Below, in pieces: positions 40,046 through 53,906 of a DNA stretch of 64,000 bases. Every line of letters begins with the position of its first letter. Position 1 is the first letter of the stretch. The notes under the pieces are model-generated. The model worked only from the letters and a program-made list of their open reading frames with translations. It did no database searches and was not told the origin of the DNA. Location of the stretch: positions 7,936,001-8,000,000 of the forward strand of contig CM022676.1 in NCBI GenBank assembly GCA_012295275.1, read 5' to 3'. This DNA comes from Chrysomallon squamiferum (taxonomy: Eukaryota > Animalia > Mollusca). Both the position numbers and the translations under genes were made by a program.

Positions 40046-40864
40046 CTTTCACTTCAGTTTTTATTTCATTGTTGTTTGGCCTGTAAAGTCCACATCTGTT
40101 CCAAGTTGACTGAGGTTGACAGATCTTATTGTGAGAATGATTAGTTTACATGAACAGTTAAAAAATGTATTCTTTGGATGTTCATTACGAAAATATCATT
40201 GACAAACCATGCAATAATAGAAGAAAGAAAGACAGAACGATTTCCTTCACAAGTAAAACTAAAAGGTGATCCAATAACTGCATATCTGAATGATGTTGTT
40301 AATACTGTGTATAAATTAAAAAAATAAAATTAAATTAAATTAAATTAAATAAAATTATAATAAAATAAAATTAATATAAATTAAATTAAATCAAATTATT
40401 TGTTTATAATTACCTTGTTGCTAAATTATGTTATGCTTATTATTAGTAGTAGTAGTAGCTGTAGTAGTAGTAGTAGTAGTGGTAGTAGTAGTAGTTTCAT
40501 AATTATTATTACTTTCTTAAGATTTGTTATATAATATTACATTGCATTATATTATGTTGCATGAATTTGTGTTACAGACTGTCATATTATGCTATGTTTT
40601 GTTATTGTCTCACTTTTAATACAAATATATATAAAAAGTTCGAATCACACAATTATGCATTTCAGTTTACACTAGCCAGTAATGCGTAGCAGAGATTCAC
40701 CGGGTTATAATCGTCATCCATATATAACGTATAATCCACCCAGATCTCACAGTTACTGAGATTAACTCAGATACTGATAAATAATGTGATAATATAAAAT
40801 ACATACCTTGTACGTACAATACACATCCCAGTAACACGAACACACAGAACAACTTACAACTCAT
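40046..40864 (-). pseudogene. Inverted leader plus A-exon pseudogene fragment
   Basis: Intact leader 40807-40864 (MSCKLFCVFVLLGCVLYVQG); A exon ~40046-40304 with internal deletion, frameshift and TAA. Confidence 0.78.
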
Positions 40865-42853
40865 TTCCAGTATTTTAGTTTTCACTGCCGTTAATAAAAA
40901 ATATAGTTTTTTCTTTACTATCTTTTCTTTGCTTCTTCCTGTATGATATCTATATACTTCGTATTCAATAAAATAACGCGAATAAAAACTCTTTCAAGTT
41001 TGTTCACCTAGTACCCGCTGTAGAGTGAAGAAGTTTTTTAACAGAAACGCACACACACAACCACACACACACACAGAAGCACACAGACATACATACATAA
41101 ATAGAGATATAGGCACATGCAGAGGCCTACAGACGTATATATGTATGTATATATGTATATATGCATGTAAGTATGTATATATGTATGTATGTATGTATAT
41201 ATATATATATATATATGTACATATGTATGTATGTATGTATGTTCGTATGTATGTATGTATATATCTATGTATGTATATATACACAGAGAGAGACTATAAT
41301 GTTAGTAATATTACTAGACGTTTATGTAATAAAGCTATGAATTATCGATAATCTGTTTTTTTATACGATTGCATATGTAGTATTGCACATATTGGCGCAT
41401 ATGTAAATGAAACAGGGAACAATAGGGAGATACGTTTTTCTGGGGTTTAATTTGTTTGTTTGTTTTTTTGCTCTTTCTTTTGCATTGGTTCTTTTGTTGT
41501 TGGTGCTGTGGCTATGTAATTCAAAATATTTAATCACAATGCTCATCAATTTGCAAAAATATTGGTACAAATTATTAATTTGTACAGTTATAATAATTAA
41601 TATACCACCACTGAAAATCCTTGAATCCGTCTTTCAGACGACTTTAGTATGTTATGAAGCAGCTGCATATGAAAGATTATTTACAGCAATAAATATTTTT
41701 GTTATGTGATGTCAAATGCACCCATGACAAAAGTAACTGAAAAAGGTGTAGAAACACTCGTGTATTCTTAAGTGTTAAAGGAGAGAAGTGAAAAATGTTT
41801 TTTATGAAAAGAAAATCTGATGAAATATATTGAGTAACCTTTTTATGTATTATCAGTTGCTTTATGTCAGGTGTGCTGAGGTTTGTTTATCAGAATTTTA
41901 CTGTCAAATTTCAGTTTCTTATTTACATTGTGTTTATTTTAATGTTTGTATAGTAATTATTAAATAAGTGTTGTGCTCTGTGTTTGTGAATGTGTGGGAA
42001 ACAGAGCGACAGACAGACAGATACAAAGAAACAGACCGTGTCCACATTATTGAATATATATGTGTATATCTATATATATGTGTGTGTGTGTGTGTGTATA
42101 TATACACACATATATATATATATATATATGTGTGTGTGCGTGTGTGACTGTGTGTCTATGTATGTGTTTAAATGTATGAATAAATGTGCGTATGTATTTC
42201 CTTTTATAAGAATGTATGTAATACTTTTCTCTTTTTTATGCTTATATATCTATGTATGTGTGTATAGAACGCATACATACGCCCTTACATATATAATTAT
42301 ATATTAACAAATATCTGGGCAGTGAGTTGGTGGATGGATAAACTGAATTAAACAAAAATTAGTCAGTATTACTAATTAACAGCTATATATAAAATGGATT
42401 ACAATGTATCATTATAATTCAAATATTAGATTTAATTATGAACAATACATAAAATGAATTATAACGTATCATTATTACTCAAATACAGGATTTAACACGT
42501 ATTAATTAACAATCAGACATAAAATTAATTAAAAAGGACATAGCGTATCGTTAGAAATAAAATATTAAATTTAACACTTCCACAGATGGTAACAAACAGA
42601 TAACGGCCGGCCATTTTGAATGGTGGGTTAAGTTAGGCAACATGGCTGTTTCTCAAGTTGTTTTTCTTACGTTATGACGTCACTGACCAGTTTCACGTTG
42701 GTATGTTGTAACTCTACCACTCTGTTTAAAACCAGCCATTCATGGGAGAAGTCGCACAAAAAATGTAATCCAGAATATCTTATACTGTTTCTGCCAAGTT
42801 ACTGTATTTGTTCTATTGTGTTCGGTTTATACGGAATAAATGTGTGTGTGTGT

Positions 42854-42898
<45 letters not shown>

Positions 42899-42987
42899 TG
42901 TGTGTTTGTCTGCTTATAGTATATATATATGTATATCACCTATAGCATATATAATTATATAAGTATTTACAATAAGTTACAGGGTTA

Positions 42988-43058
<71 letters not shown>

Positions 43059-43722
43059 CGTGAAACTGACAACACTGATTTAATATTTTACAGTTAATTT
43101 GGAAATAAAATTGTTTTATTTTTCTCTTTCACTCTAAGAGTTCTATATGCTGGAGTATTGTTAATCATTCATTCATTCATCTGTCTTTCTTTTTCTCAGT
43201 ATGTTTTTCTGTGAATTGACATATTCTTCCACCCATCAGTCTATCCTCAAAATGAATGCGCACTTACATAGATTTAAAATAGAAGCACACTTGATAAAAA
43301 TAACTACCTCTGCCGCCATTTTGATTTTGTTAATTGCTAATATTTGTAAAACTAGCAGCAAATTTTCCTAACATGAAAACATTTCGTGAACATTCGAATA
43401 CAAACAAGCATGAAAAACCGGGGTTCAAATGACGTAGTTGTAGACGTTGACCTTTACTGCTGACGCAAGTTTCTATATTTAAATAGGCCAGATAGCTTTT
43501 CTTCTTTTTTCTTTCTATCTTGATTTTCTCTCTGACTCCCATAAATAATAAGTTAAAAAAAAGGCTTCATTTACATATATTTATTAAAATATGAAAGAAT
43601 AACATAAAATAACATAATATAACACAATATAACATAGTAATAAAAATAAAAATAAAGTAGTGTAGTTTAGTATAATTTTATTTCTTTATGTCTTTCTTTC
43701 TTTCTTTCTTTATTTCTTTCTT

Positions 43723-43755
<33 letters not shown>

Positions 43756-43759
43756 CAAG

Positions 43760-44074
43760 GTTGGTATTATAATTTAACAACATCAGTCAGATATGCAGCT
43801 GTTGGATCATCTTTGACTTTTATCTGTCGAGGAGATGTGCATCAAAGGCTAGAATTGATCTGGTTTGTGAATAACACAAAGTATATGGTGGGTGTACATA
43901 GAGCTCACCGTCAGTGCAACTTTTCACGGCAACATCTAAAAGAATACACGTCTTACTGTTCATTTCATATAAACATGCTCACAATAAAATCTGTTAGCCT
44001 CAGTCATCATGGAACAGTTTGGAGATGTGGTACGTCTGCGAAAGAAAGCAATGAAATAAAACTGCAAGTGAGAG
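43760..44074 (+). CDS. g4 exon A, V-like Ig (open frame)
   Basis: 315 nt; LTFICRGDVHQRLELIWFVNN..GTVWRCGTSAKESNEIKLQVR. Confidence 0.7.
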
Positions 44075-44654
44075 GTACTATCAGTTTTATTAATATTCTA
44101 GGAAATATGTACTGTTAATGATAACTAAACAATAAACTCAATAAAACATCACAATATTGTACCTCAGTGTAAAATATCTTTAGAGGTTATAATTAGAACT
44201 GATAAGAATTATTAATATATTTTAAGTAAGTTTTAATTTCTTTCATGAAAGAATAACCAGCATAATTATATGCTTAAACAGATACGTACACATACACTAA
44301 TTTAGATACATGAAACCGTATATGTGTGTATATATCCACTACCTAGAACATTTTTTCTCGGTGTACAATATTTTTGTTTTTATTTATTGTTTTATTATTA
44401 TTTCATTTTGAATCAGCAAATATATTAACGAAATAAATAAATAAATAAAAATAATTTAAAACAAATAATAGTTTCACTAATTGTAATTATGATATCAGCA
44501 GCAACAACTCAAAAACTTGACCGTCATCACCACTACAACGACAACATCCATAACTAACAGTATGAGCAGCACCCCAATTCTAATATCAATAAAAATAAAA
44601 ATGTGACGACAATGATGATGATGCTGATAACGTTTTATTTATTTACTTATTATA

Positions 44655-44702
<48 letters not shown>

Positions 44703-44731
44703 TCTTTTCTTTTTTCTTCTTTTTTTCCCAG

Positions 44732-44992
44732 ATGGTCCTGGAACATCAGTCAAGCTGAACACTTCGTCTGTTGTGACTGCTCTGGAAGGAAATGACGTCA
44801 CAGTGTCTTGTTCGGCGACGTGTTTCATCAAGTGTAATTATCAGTGGAAGCTCGCACATGACGTCATAAGTAACACGAGCATTCTCTCATTGACTGATAT
44901 TAATACATCACAATCAGGTTTCTACGTGTGTACGGCTGAAAATCCGGATACGAAACAAACTGCCAGAAAAACACTTCATTTGACTGTACATC
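44732..44992 (+). CDS. g4 exon B, C2-like Ig (open frame)
   Basis: 261 nt; SCSATCFIKCNYQW..SGFYVCTAEN. Confidence 0.7.
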
Positions 44993-46828
44993 GTAAGTAA
45001 GAAACTAATTATAGTAAAAATAAAAACGATAAAATAAACAGACAACTTAATATTAGTTACAGGTGTGTGTTTACATTTATAATTGCTTACGTGAAAATAT
45101 AAGATCAAGGTCTGAGTGAATCTGTTATGCTACAGATTACATTATAAGTTTATTTATGTATATGAATATCTGTTTATCTGCTTGGGTGCATGTGACTATG
45201 ACGGCGTTCGCGCGCTTTTTTGTTTACTGTTTGTAGTTTATTTTCAGGTCCGCCAAATCTTCGAGGGTCCGCGCCATACGCTATCAGCGGTCTTACTTTT
45301 ACGTTCACATGTCAGATTTTCCAATATTCACATCGCGTCACGTGGTTTGAAAATGGCGTCAGCTATGACGTGTTAAATTCCGGACAATGTGATGTTATGT
45401 CACGTTTTAGTGGAAACTACACTTTCAAATGTTTCAATAAGAAACTTCAAGTTACTATAAAATCTGTCAACAAATCAACAAGGAAACATTTGGCGATGTG
45501 AAAGTGATCGTTACCAGTATTCGAGTAAAACAGTCGTCTTAAAAGTTAGAGGTATTTTAATTTAATTTAGTTCTATTTAATTCATTATTATTAGTGTTAT
45601 TATTATTATCAACATCATTATCATCACCGTAAAAATAATAATAATAACAGTAACAACAATAACAGATTTAACAGTTATAACAGTTGCTGCTGATGATAAT
45701 GATTATCAGGACCATGTCGATAATAATAAAAATAAATACCATTCATGTACTTATATTTTTAGCTTTTATATATTTGCGGGTGTGTGTGTATGTGTGTATA
45801 TATATATAAACATTATCATTGTCATAATCATTATCAGCATTATTACTGTTATAACTGTTCAATCTGTTATTGTTGTTATTGTTATATATATATATTATTT
45901 TTTTTTTTTACAGACGGTCCCGACAGCTCACTTCGAGTCAATTCTTGCCTTTTCAGATGCGAACTGACCAATCAGATTGTCAGTAACAACGGACTACTGT
46001 CACTAAGGAATATCACGAGGTTTCAAGATGGCGTCTACATATGCACTGCTGTTAATCCGGATACGAACCTAACAGCACATAAACAAATTATTATTAAAGT
46101 TGAGAGTAAGCTTTTAAATTAATAGTAATTTGATTTGTCAATTTCTGTGTCATTAGATGTGTTTATGCGTATGATTAATTGTGTATATCTATGTACGTGT
46201 TTAGGATTGTATGTTATTGCTTTTTCTTTCTGTCTGTGTGTGTGTGCGTGTGTTTGTATAAATGCATGCGTATGCATCTAGGTATGTTTATACATACGTT
46301 CTTGCATACATAATTATATATTTACAGATATCTAGACATTAACTTTGTAGACGGATGGATGGATGTATTGATACAGTGATGTAAAGAATGAAAGAAAAAT
46401 CAGATAGAGAAACAGATGAACATAGAATTATAGAAAAGAAAAGAGGAGTGTGTAAAATCAGGATGGTTGAAGTACAAAAAAAAAGAGTGAAATAAATAAA
46501 TGTACACGAACAATACTTTAACTGAAACATACCTAAACAATACCAAATAGATAATTACCTAATCTCTGAAGATATATTAATAATACTAAATAGAAATTAA
46601 CTACCATTTGAAGAAATACAAATAATATATATAATTTAATGTTATTTTTGTTAATGTATTTTCAGGCGCTGTAGAAAGCAATCAGTTTGTAAAAGGATTT
46701 GCCAGCTGTTTAGGAATTTTCTTTGTTCTGCCTGTTACCATTTTCTTTGTTCTCTACTTACGATACAAAAGAAGTACGTGATTGATATGTACTAAATGAG
46801 ATTACCTGAGATACATATAAATACATAC

Positions 46829-46890
46829 TTTGTACGTACAATACAAATAAGTCCCTGTAATACGAATATACAAAATAACTTACAACTCAT
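46829..46890 (-). pseudogene. Inverted, frameshifted leader exon
   Basis: Revcomp ATGAGTTGTAAGTTATTTTGTATATTC..ACAAA|gtatgt; 62 nt versus 58. Confidence 0.65.
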
Positions 46891-48768
46891 TTCCAGTATT
46901 TTAGATTTCACAGTTAGTGTAACTAATGTGTCACAACTCCCTATAAATCTCACTGTATCCGTCCTTCAGACAACTTTTGTTTTCAATATCTAGAATGGAG
47001 GTCAAGTTTAAAAAGATAAATTATCAGAAAACAATCCACGAATTCCACGGTCAGATTTCAATCTCTTATTTACAATAGTGTTTTACAGTAACGATTAAAC
47101 ATATGTTATGTTTCTTTGTGTGTGTGTGTGTGAGTCTGAGAGAAAGAGAGAGACAGACAGACAGACAGACAGAGTGTGTACACATGAATGAATATATGTA
47201 TATACGTGTGTCTATGTATGTGTTTATATATATGAATAAATGTACATATATATGTCTTTGTATAAGATTGTATGACACACTTTTCTCTTCTTTTTTTTTT
47301 GATTGTTTGTACGTATGCATGTATGCATCTATGTATATTTGTATGTCGGTATGTATATTTATATATGTACGCAGGTACATGCACACATACGTTCTTACAT
47401 ACATAAATATATATTTACAGATATCTAGGCAGTGGGTTGGTAGATGGATGGATGGATGGACGGGTGGATTGATACACTGATGTAAAGAATGAAAAACAAA
47501 ATCAGACAGTGATATATAATCAACAGCTATATATAAAATGTTAGATTTAACACTTATTAATTATGAAGTTTTAGAGAAAATTGATTATAATGTATCATTA
47601 TAATTCAAATACAGGATTTAGCACTTATTAATTCACAAGCAGACATAAAATGAATTATGATGGTCAAAGTGTATCATTAGAAATCAAATATTAAATTTAA
47701 CACTTTAACATCAGGTAGTACACAGACGGTGACAAACAGATAAAGGGTGGCCATTTTGAATTGTGCATAGCCTAAGCAACATGGATGTTTTCTTATTTTA
47801 TGACATGACTTGTGCAGTTTTACTGTGCTATGTTGTAACTCTACACTCTATTCAAAACCAGCCATGGATGGAAGAAGACGTACAAAAAAATGTAACCCAA
47901 AACACCTAATACTCTTTCAGTCATGTTGTTGGGGTTTTTCCATTGTGTTCAGTTTATACGGGAATATATGTGTGTGTGTGTGTGTGTGTGTGTCCGTCTG
48001 GGGGTTGTATATGTGTGTATATGTACGTAACAGATGTAAGTCGGTTAAGTCCGTGTTTGTATACACCTATAGCATATATATTTATATAAATACGTTACAG
48101 GGTTGTTTTTTTTGTTTTTGTTTGGGGGGTTGGGGTTTTTAATCATCATAATCATTATTATTTTTATTATTATTATTATTGTTGTTGCTCTTGTTGTTCT
48201 TATTATTATTATACGTGAAACAAACAACACTGATTTAAAAGTTTACAGTTAATTAGGAAAAATCATCTCATAATTTTCTCTTTGTCTCTCAGATTTGCTT
48301 TATGCTGGAGTATTAAACTAGCAGCAAATTTCCTACTTTAAGCATATCGTGAAAACACGTCGTTAAAATTCGAGTACAGACAAGGATGTGAAACCAGGGT
48401 TCAAACGACGTAGTCGTACAGTTGAACTTTACAGGTAACGCGAGTTTCTTTATTTAGATACTTAGGCTCCAATAGGCCTGTCCGTTGTAGTCTTTATGTA
48501 ACATTATATTATTTTACAGTGAAGTAGATTACTTAAAATTGAATTACCTTACACTACATCATATCGTATCATAGTGTATTACATTATATTATAATGTATA
48601 GTAGTATATTATACTGTATAACGTTACTTTAATTTATGTTAAGAATAAAACGAATGTTTTACTTGTGAAACAAAAAGTAAACATGCTAACATTGGAAAAG
48701 AAAAGAAAACAAGGAAGAATTTAGAACAAGAAAGTAACTAAGAAAACATGGAAACTAAAATAATGGAA

Positions 48769-48826
48769 ATGAGTTGCAAGTTATTCTGTGTGTTCGTGTT
48801 ACTGGGATGTGTATTGTATGTACAAG
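48769..48826 (+). CDS. g5 signal-peptide exon
   Basis: MSCKLFCVFVLLGCVLYVQG|gtatgt. Confidence 0.8.
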
Positions 48827-48988
48827 GTATGTATTTTATATTCAGATTATGTATCTCTATCTGAGTTAATCTCGCTGAGGAACTGAATTCTTGGTGGTGT
48901 GGACATTGTGCTTGTATGATTAATGAAAGATGAAGCATATGATTGTGTCACTTGAACTCTTGAAATATATCTAATAAAATATGAAACA

Positions 48989-49059
<71 letters not shown>

Positions 49060-49744
49060 CATTATTATTATTATTATTATTATTTTAAATTTAAGGTTAT
49101 CATTATATATTAACAACATCACACAGTTATGCAGTTGTTGGATCACCTTTTACTTTTACCTGTCGAGGAGGTCATTCTAATGTAACTGTCTGGTTTGTGA
49201 ATAACACAGAATACTGGGTACATCTACTAGGAAGTAAAGGTGAATGTGATACTTTTCGTAAACCTCCAAAAGAATACATTTTTAACTGTTCAGCTGACAC
49301 AAATATCCTCACAATAAAATCTGTCGATTTCAATCAACATGAAACTGTATGGAGATGTGGTGATGAGGGAGGTCGCAGCAATGAAATAAAACTGGAAGTG
49401 AGAGGTAAAATTAACTTATTTATTTATTAATATTATTATTACTGTACCTATTAAATGTTGCTAAAAAATAAAATAAAATAAAAATAACAATAAATAAAAG
49501 CAACGATTTAAAAGTGAGAGGTAAAATCAGTTTTATTATTATCATTCTAGGAGATACATTTGTTAACGATGACAAAACAATATACACAATGAAACAAAAC
49601 AATACTTTAACTCCGAGATCAAATATCTCTGTGGATTATACAGTTTAAGTACCCTTATATTTTTACATGAAAGAATATCCAGCATCATTTTGAGCTTAAA
49701 CACATACTTATGCATGCATTAATTTAGCAAAAATATTAACAAAA

Positions 49745-49796
<52 letters not shown>

Positions 49797-52131
49797 GCGA
49801 GCAACCCCACAGTTTGTACTAATAGTAAGAACAAAACAAAAATTATGATGACAATGATGATGATGATGGCGATGACACTGAAGATTATGACGTTTTCTTA
49901 CTGTTTACAGTTTACTTTCAGGTCCGCCAAATCTTCGAGGGTCCGCGCCATACGCTATCAGCGGTCTTACTTTTACGTTGACATGTCGGATTTTCGAATA
50001 TTCAGATCGCGTCATATGGTTTGAGAATGACGTCACCTATGACGTGTTAAATTCTGGACCCGGACAGTGTGGGGTTACGTCACGTTTTAGTGTAAATTAC
50101 ACTTTCAAATGTTTCCGTAACAAGTTTCTAGTTACTATAAAAGCTGTCAACAGAAACCAACAAGGAAACATTTGGCGATGCGAAAGTGATCGTTACCAGA
50201 ATTCGAGTAACACAGTCGTGTTGAAAGTTAGAGGTATTTTAATTCAATGCAATTTATTATCATCATCATCATCATCATCATCAATATCGTCATATGATCA
50301 TCTTCATTATAGTAAAAATAATAATAGTAACGATGACGACAACACCACGAAGAGCTATAGCAGTAATAATGATGACGATGACTATGATAATGATCATTAT
50401 GATGAAGAGGACAACAAAAACAAACAAATATCATTGATACCTTTAATTTTTTCGTGTTTCTTTATTTCTCTCTTTCTTTCTCTACTTATTTATTTTATTT
50501 ATTTATTCATTTGTTTATTTATTTAATTTTTTTTATTATTATTATTATTTTTCACTGATGGTCCCGGTAATTCACTTCGAGTCAATTCTTCATCTGACAT
50601 CACTGTAGAGGAAGGAAGTGACGTGACAGTATCATGTAAAGCCGACTGTTTTATCAAATGCTGTTACAGATGGGAACTGACCAATCAGACTGTCAGTAAC
50701 AACAGTCTACTGGCACTGACGAATATCAAGAGATTTCAAGATGGCGTCTACACATGCACTGCTGTTAATCCGGATACGAATCAAAGAGCAGATACGAAAA
50801 TTATTATTAATGTTAAGCGTGAGTTTTAATTCATTTTATTTTGTTTTTAATTTTAAATTTATTCAAATTTTTTTTCATAATAGGAAAATAGTAGATGTGT
50901 TTAGTTACGTGCGTTTTGTGGAACGTACGTTATTGTTTGCTCTGTCTGTACGTATGTGTATGCATGTATGAATATATCTATGTATGTATACTGTATTTAT
51001 ATGTGTATGTGTATACGCATGCATATACAGTGGTACCTCGACTTAGAGTTTTTCGAGTTACGAGCAGCAGCACGGTTAGTTTGATCCCAACAAATAAATG
51101 AGAAACCCTAACCCAGAACACTTTCCAAAACCAATTCATTTCTTTACATTCTCTTTTATTTTGTTTTTATACAGTATTTGTCATTTATATATACATTTTT
51201 CTTATTTGTAAACACGTTACAAAATATTAGGCTGGTTTCGGGGGGGGGCTGGAACGGATTAACGGAATGGATAAACGGTATTTCAATTAATTTCATTTGA
51301 TAAAATTGATTTGATAAACGAGCAAAATGAGTTACGAGCTTGGTCACGGAATGAATTAAACTCGAAGATATATTAATAATAACAAATACAAATTACCTGT
51401 ATTTCTGAAGATATGTAAATAATGTATTGATTTAATCTCACGTATTTGCTTTTATTAATGAATTTTCAGGTGCTGTAGAAGACAGCAGTCAGTTTGGAAA
51501 CGGATTTGGCAGCGGTTTTGGAATTTTCTTTGTTCTGTCTGTGATCATTATCATTGTCGTTGTTATCTACTTCCGATATAAAAAAAGTATTTATTTGTTT
51601 ATTTATTTATTTGTTTGTTTGTTTGTTCGTTTGCTTCTCGGCTTGTATGCTTGTTTGTTGTTGTTTTTATTCTATTCTTTATTTATTCCTTGATCCATTT
51701 GTTCGTTTGTTCATTTATTCACTATTTTCTTGCTATTGTTTCTTTATATGTTTGTTTGTTAGTTTATTTATTTTTATCATGTGTTTAAACCTGTTTTTGC
51801 GGCCACCAGTTAATGAAATGTCTGAGGTAAAAAGAAAAAAAAAAGAAAAAAAAATGATGTCTAAGCACAAGAAGATTTAATGATAAACTTAATTTTAGAC
51901 ATGCATCACATTAAAAAATGTTTCATGATCGGTACCACTGCCAGATTATGATGTCAGTAATTAGATAGCATGATCTGAAGAGATAGGTGTGAAACTGAAC
52001 ATTATATCTTTTAGCACTGGTAGAATTACTAATACAACCATCACGAACAACACCATCGTCACTACTAATAGTATTACTACATTTATGATGATCCTGATGA
52101 TACTGTCATTATAATAATATTCTTCTTGTTG

Positions 52132-52168
<37 letters not shown>

Positions 52169-53292
52169 AGGGAAAAAAAAGCCAACTTCGAAACAACAAA
52201 GGTAAATTAATTTATATATTTTATTACTTTTCTTTCTCCTGTAAAATATATTTATGTTTAAGTTTATGTGTCTGTCTCTGTCTATGTGTGTGTGTGTTTG
52301 TACTTGTATACGTGTGTGTATGTATATATATATATGTATGTATGTATATATGTATAGGTATGTATGTGTGTATGTAGATGTGTACTTATGTAATATGTGT
52401 ATCTAATATACACATATGTTTGTAATATATGTATGTATGAATCTATGGTATGTATATAGGTATCTGTGTTTGCAATTCTTCGTTGGTGCTCGGATTATTG
52501 CATCAGTGTATATGTAAGATATTTTGTTTACTTTTGAAATTTCAGAATCAGCACAAATCAACCTGTGTACAATAGTGTTGCTCCGGTTGCTGGTAAGTTC
52601 ACACACACACACAAACACACACACACACTTAATATTTATGAGCATGTGTGTAATATGTGTGTATGTTTGTATATAAGAAAGTATGCATTTATACTCACAC
52701 ACATACATATTAATGCTTATTGTAATCTTCGCAAACAACTATTTTTATATAAACCAAAACATAATTTCATTCCATGTCTCAGATAATCAGACTGCGCCAG
52801 AGGTTGTACATCACGATACAAGGAATCCATATTCTTCTCTAGAGGAAAGACGAAATGAGGTCCCTTATGACGCATTAATGTTTGATGGTAAGTAAATTGA
52901 TATTAATCAATGATAAAGAAGAAAAACAAGTATTGTTTTTTAATCACACACTTCGCACTTTCATGAAAAATTAAACAAGGTTAATAAAATCTCAGGCTAA
53001 ATTCAGTAGACTGTGATTCTAAAAATGTTGTGTGCATCGTATGCAAATAAATATTTAAAATAATAATTTAAAAAAAATAACATTATGTTTCTTTTTTACC
53101 CAGACTTTGAGAAAGCATTCTTCAAAATAGTTTTCGAAATAGTTTTAAATCGATTTTGTATGTATGTATGTATATAAATACATGTATACACGCATAAATG
53201 TACGTATATATACAGTGTATGCGTGTGTCTGTGTGTGTTTGTATATATATATAGATAGATAGATAGATAGATATATTGATAGATAGACAGAT

Positions 53293-53343
<51 letters not shown>

Positions 53344-53832
53344 CGTCTATATGTCTGTATCTCTGTATAGATATGTATCTATATAGAGAAAGATAATGTG
53401 TATGTGTGCATTTACATATACACGCATTATTGCGACTATTGTTTTATCCGCACATCACAACTTTTATATAAAATAAAACATAATTTTGTTCCTTGTTTCA
53501 GATGATCAGACTGCGCCAGCAGCTGAACATCAAGACACAGGGAATCCATATTCTTCTCTAGAGGATAGAGGATATGAGTTCGCATATGCCGTATTATTGC
53601 CTGACAGTAAGTGAACTGATATTAATAAATCATAAAGAGGAAAACGAGCATTTTCTGTTAACAAACACTTATTCAGACACTTTCATGATAGTAAGTCAGC
53701 TGATACTAATTAATGATAGAAAAGAAAACGAGTTAGACACTTTCACGAAAGACAAGGTTGTCCTACTGTTATAACGTACAAGAAACTAAAACTAAATAGT
53801 TGTGAGAACGTCCACCATAATACCCCATAATA

Positions 53833-53906
<74 letters not shown>

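Larger units (their letters stand above)
43760..46773 (+). pseudogene. g4: decaying 4-Ig receptor paralog
   Basis: A 43760-44074 and B 44732-44992 open; C 45248-45551 has a 2-nt deletion leading to TGA; D 45914-46105 has a 69-nt deletion and W to C; TM 46666-46773; no leader or tail exons found. Confidence 0.8.
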
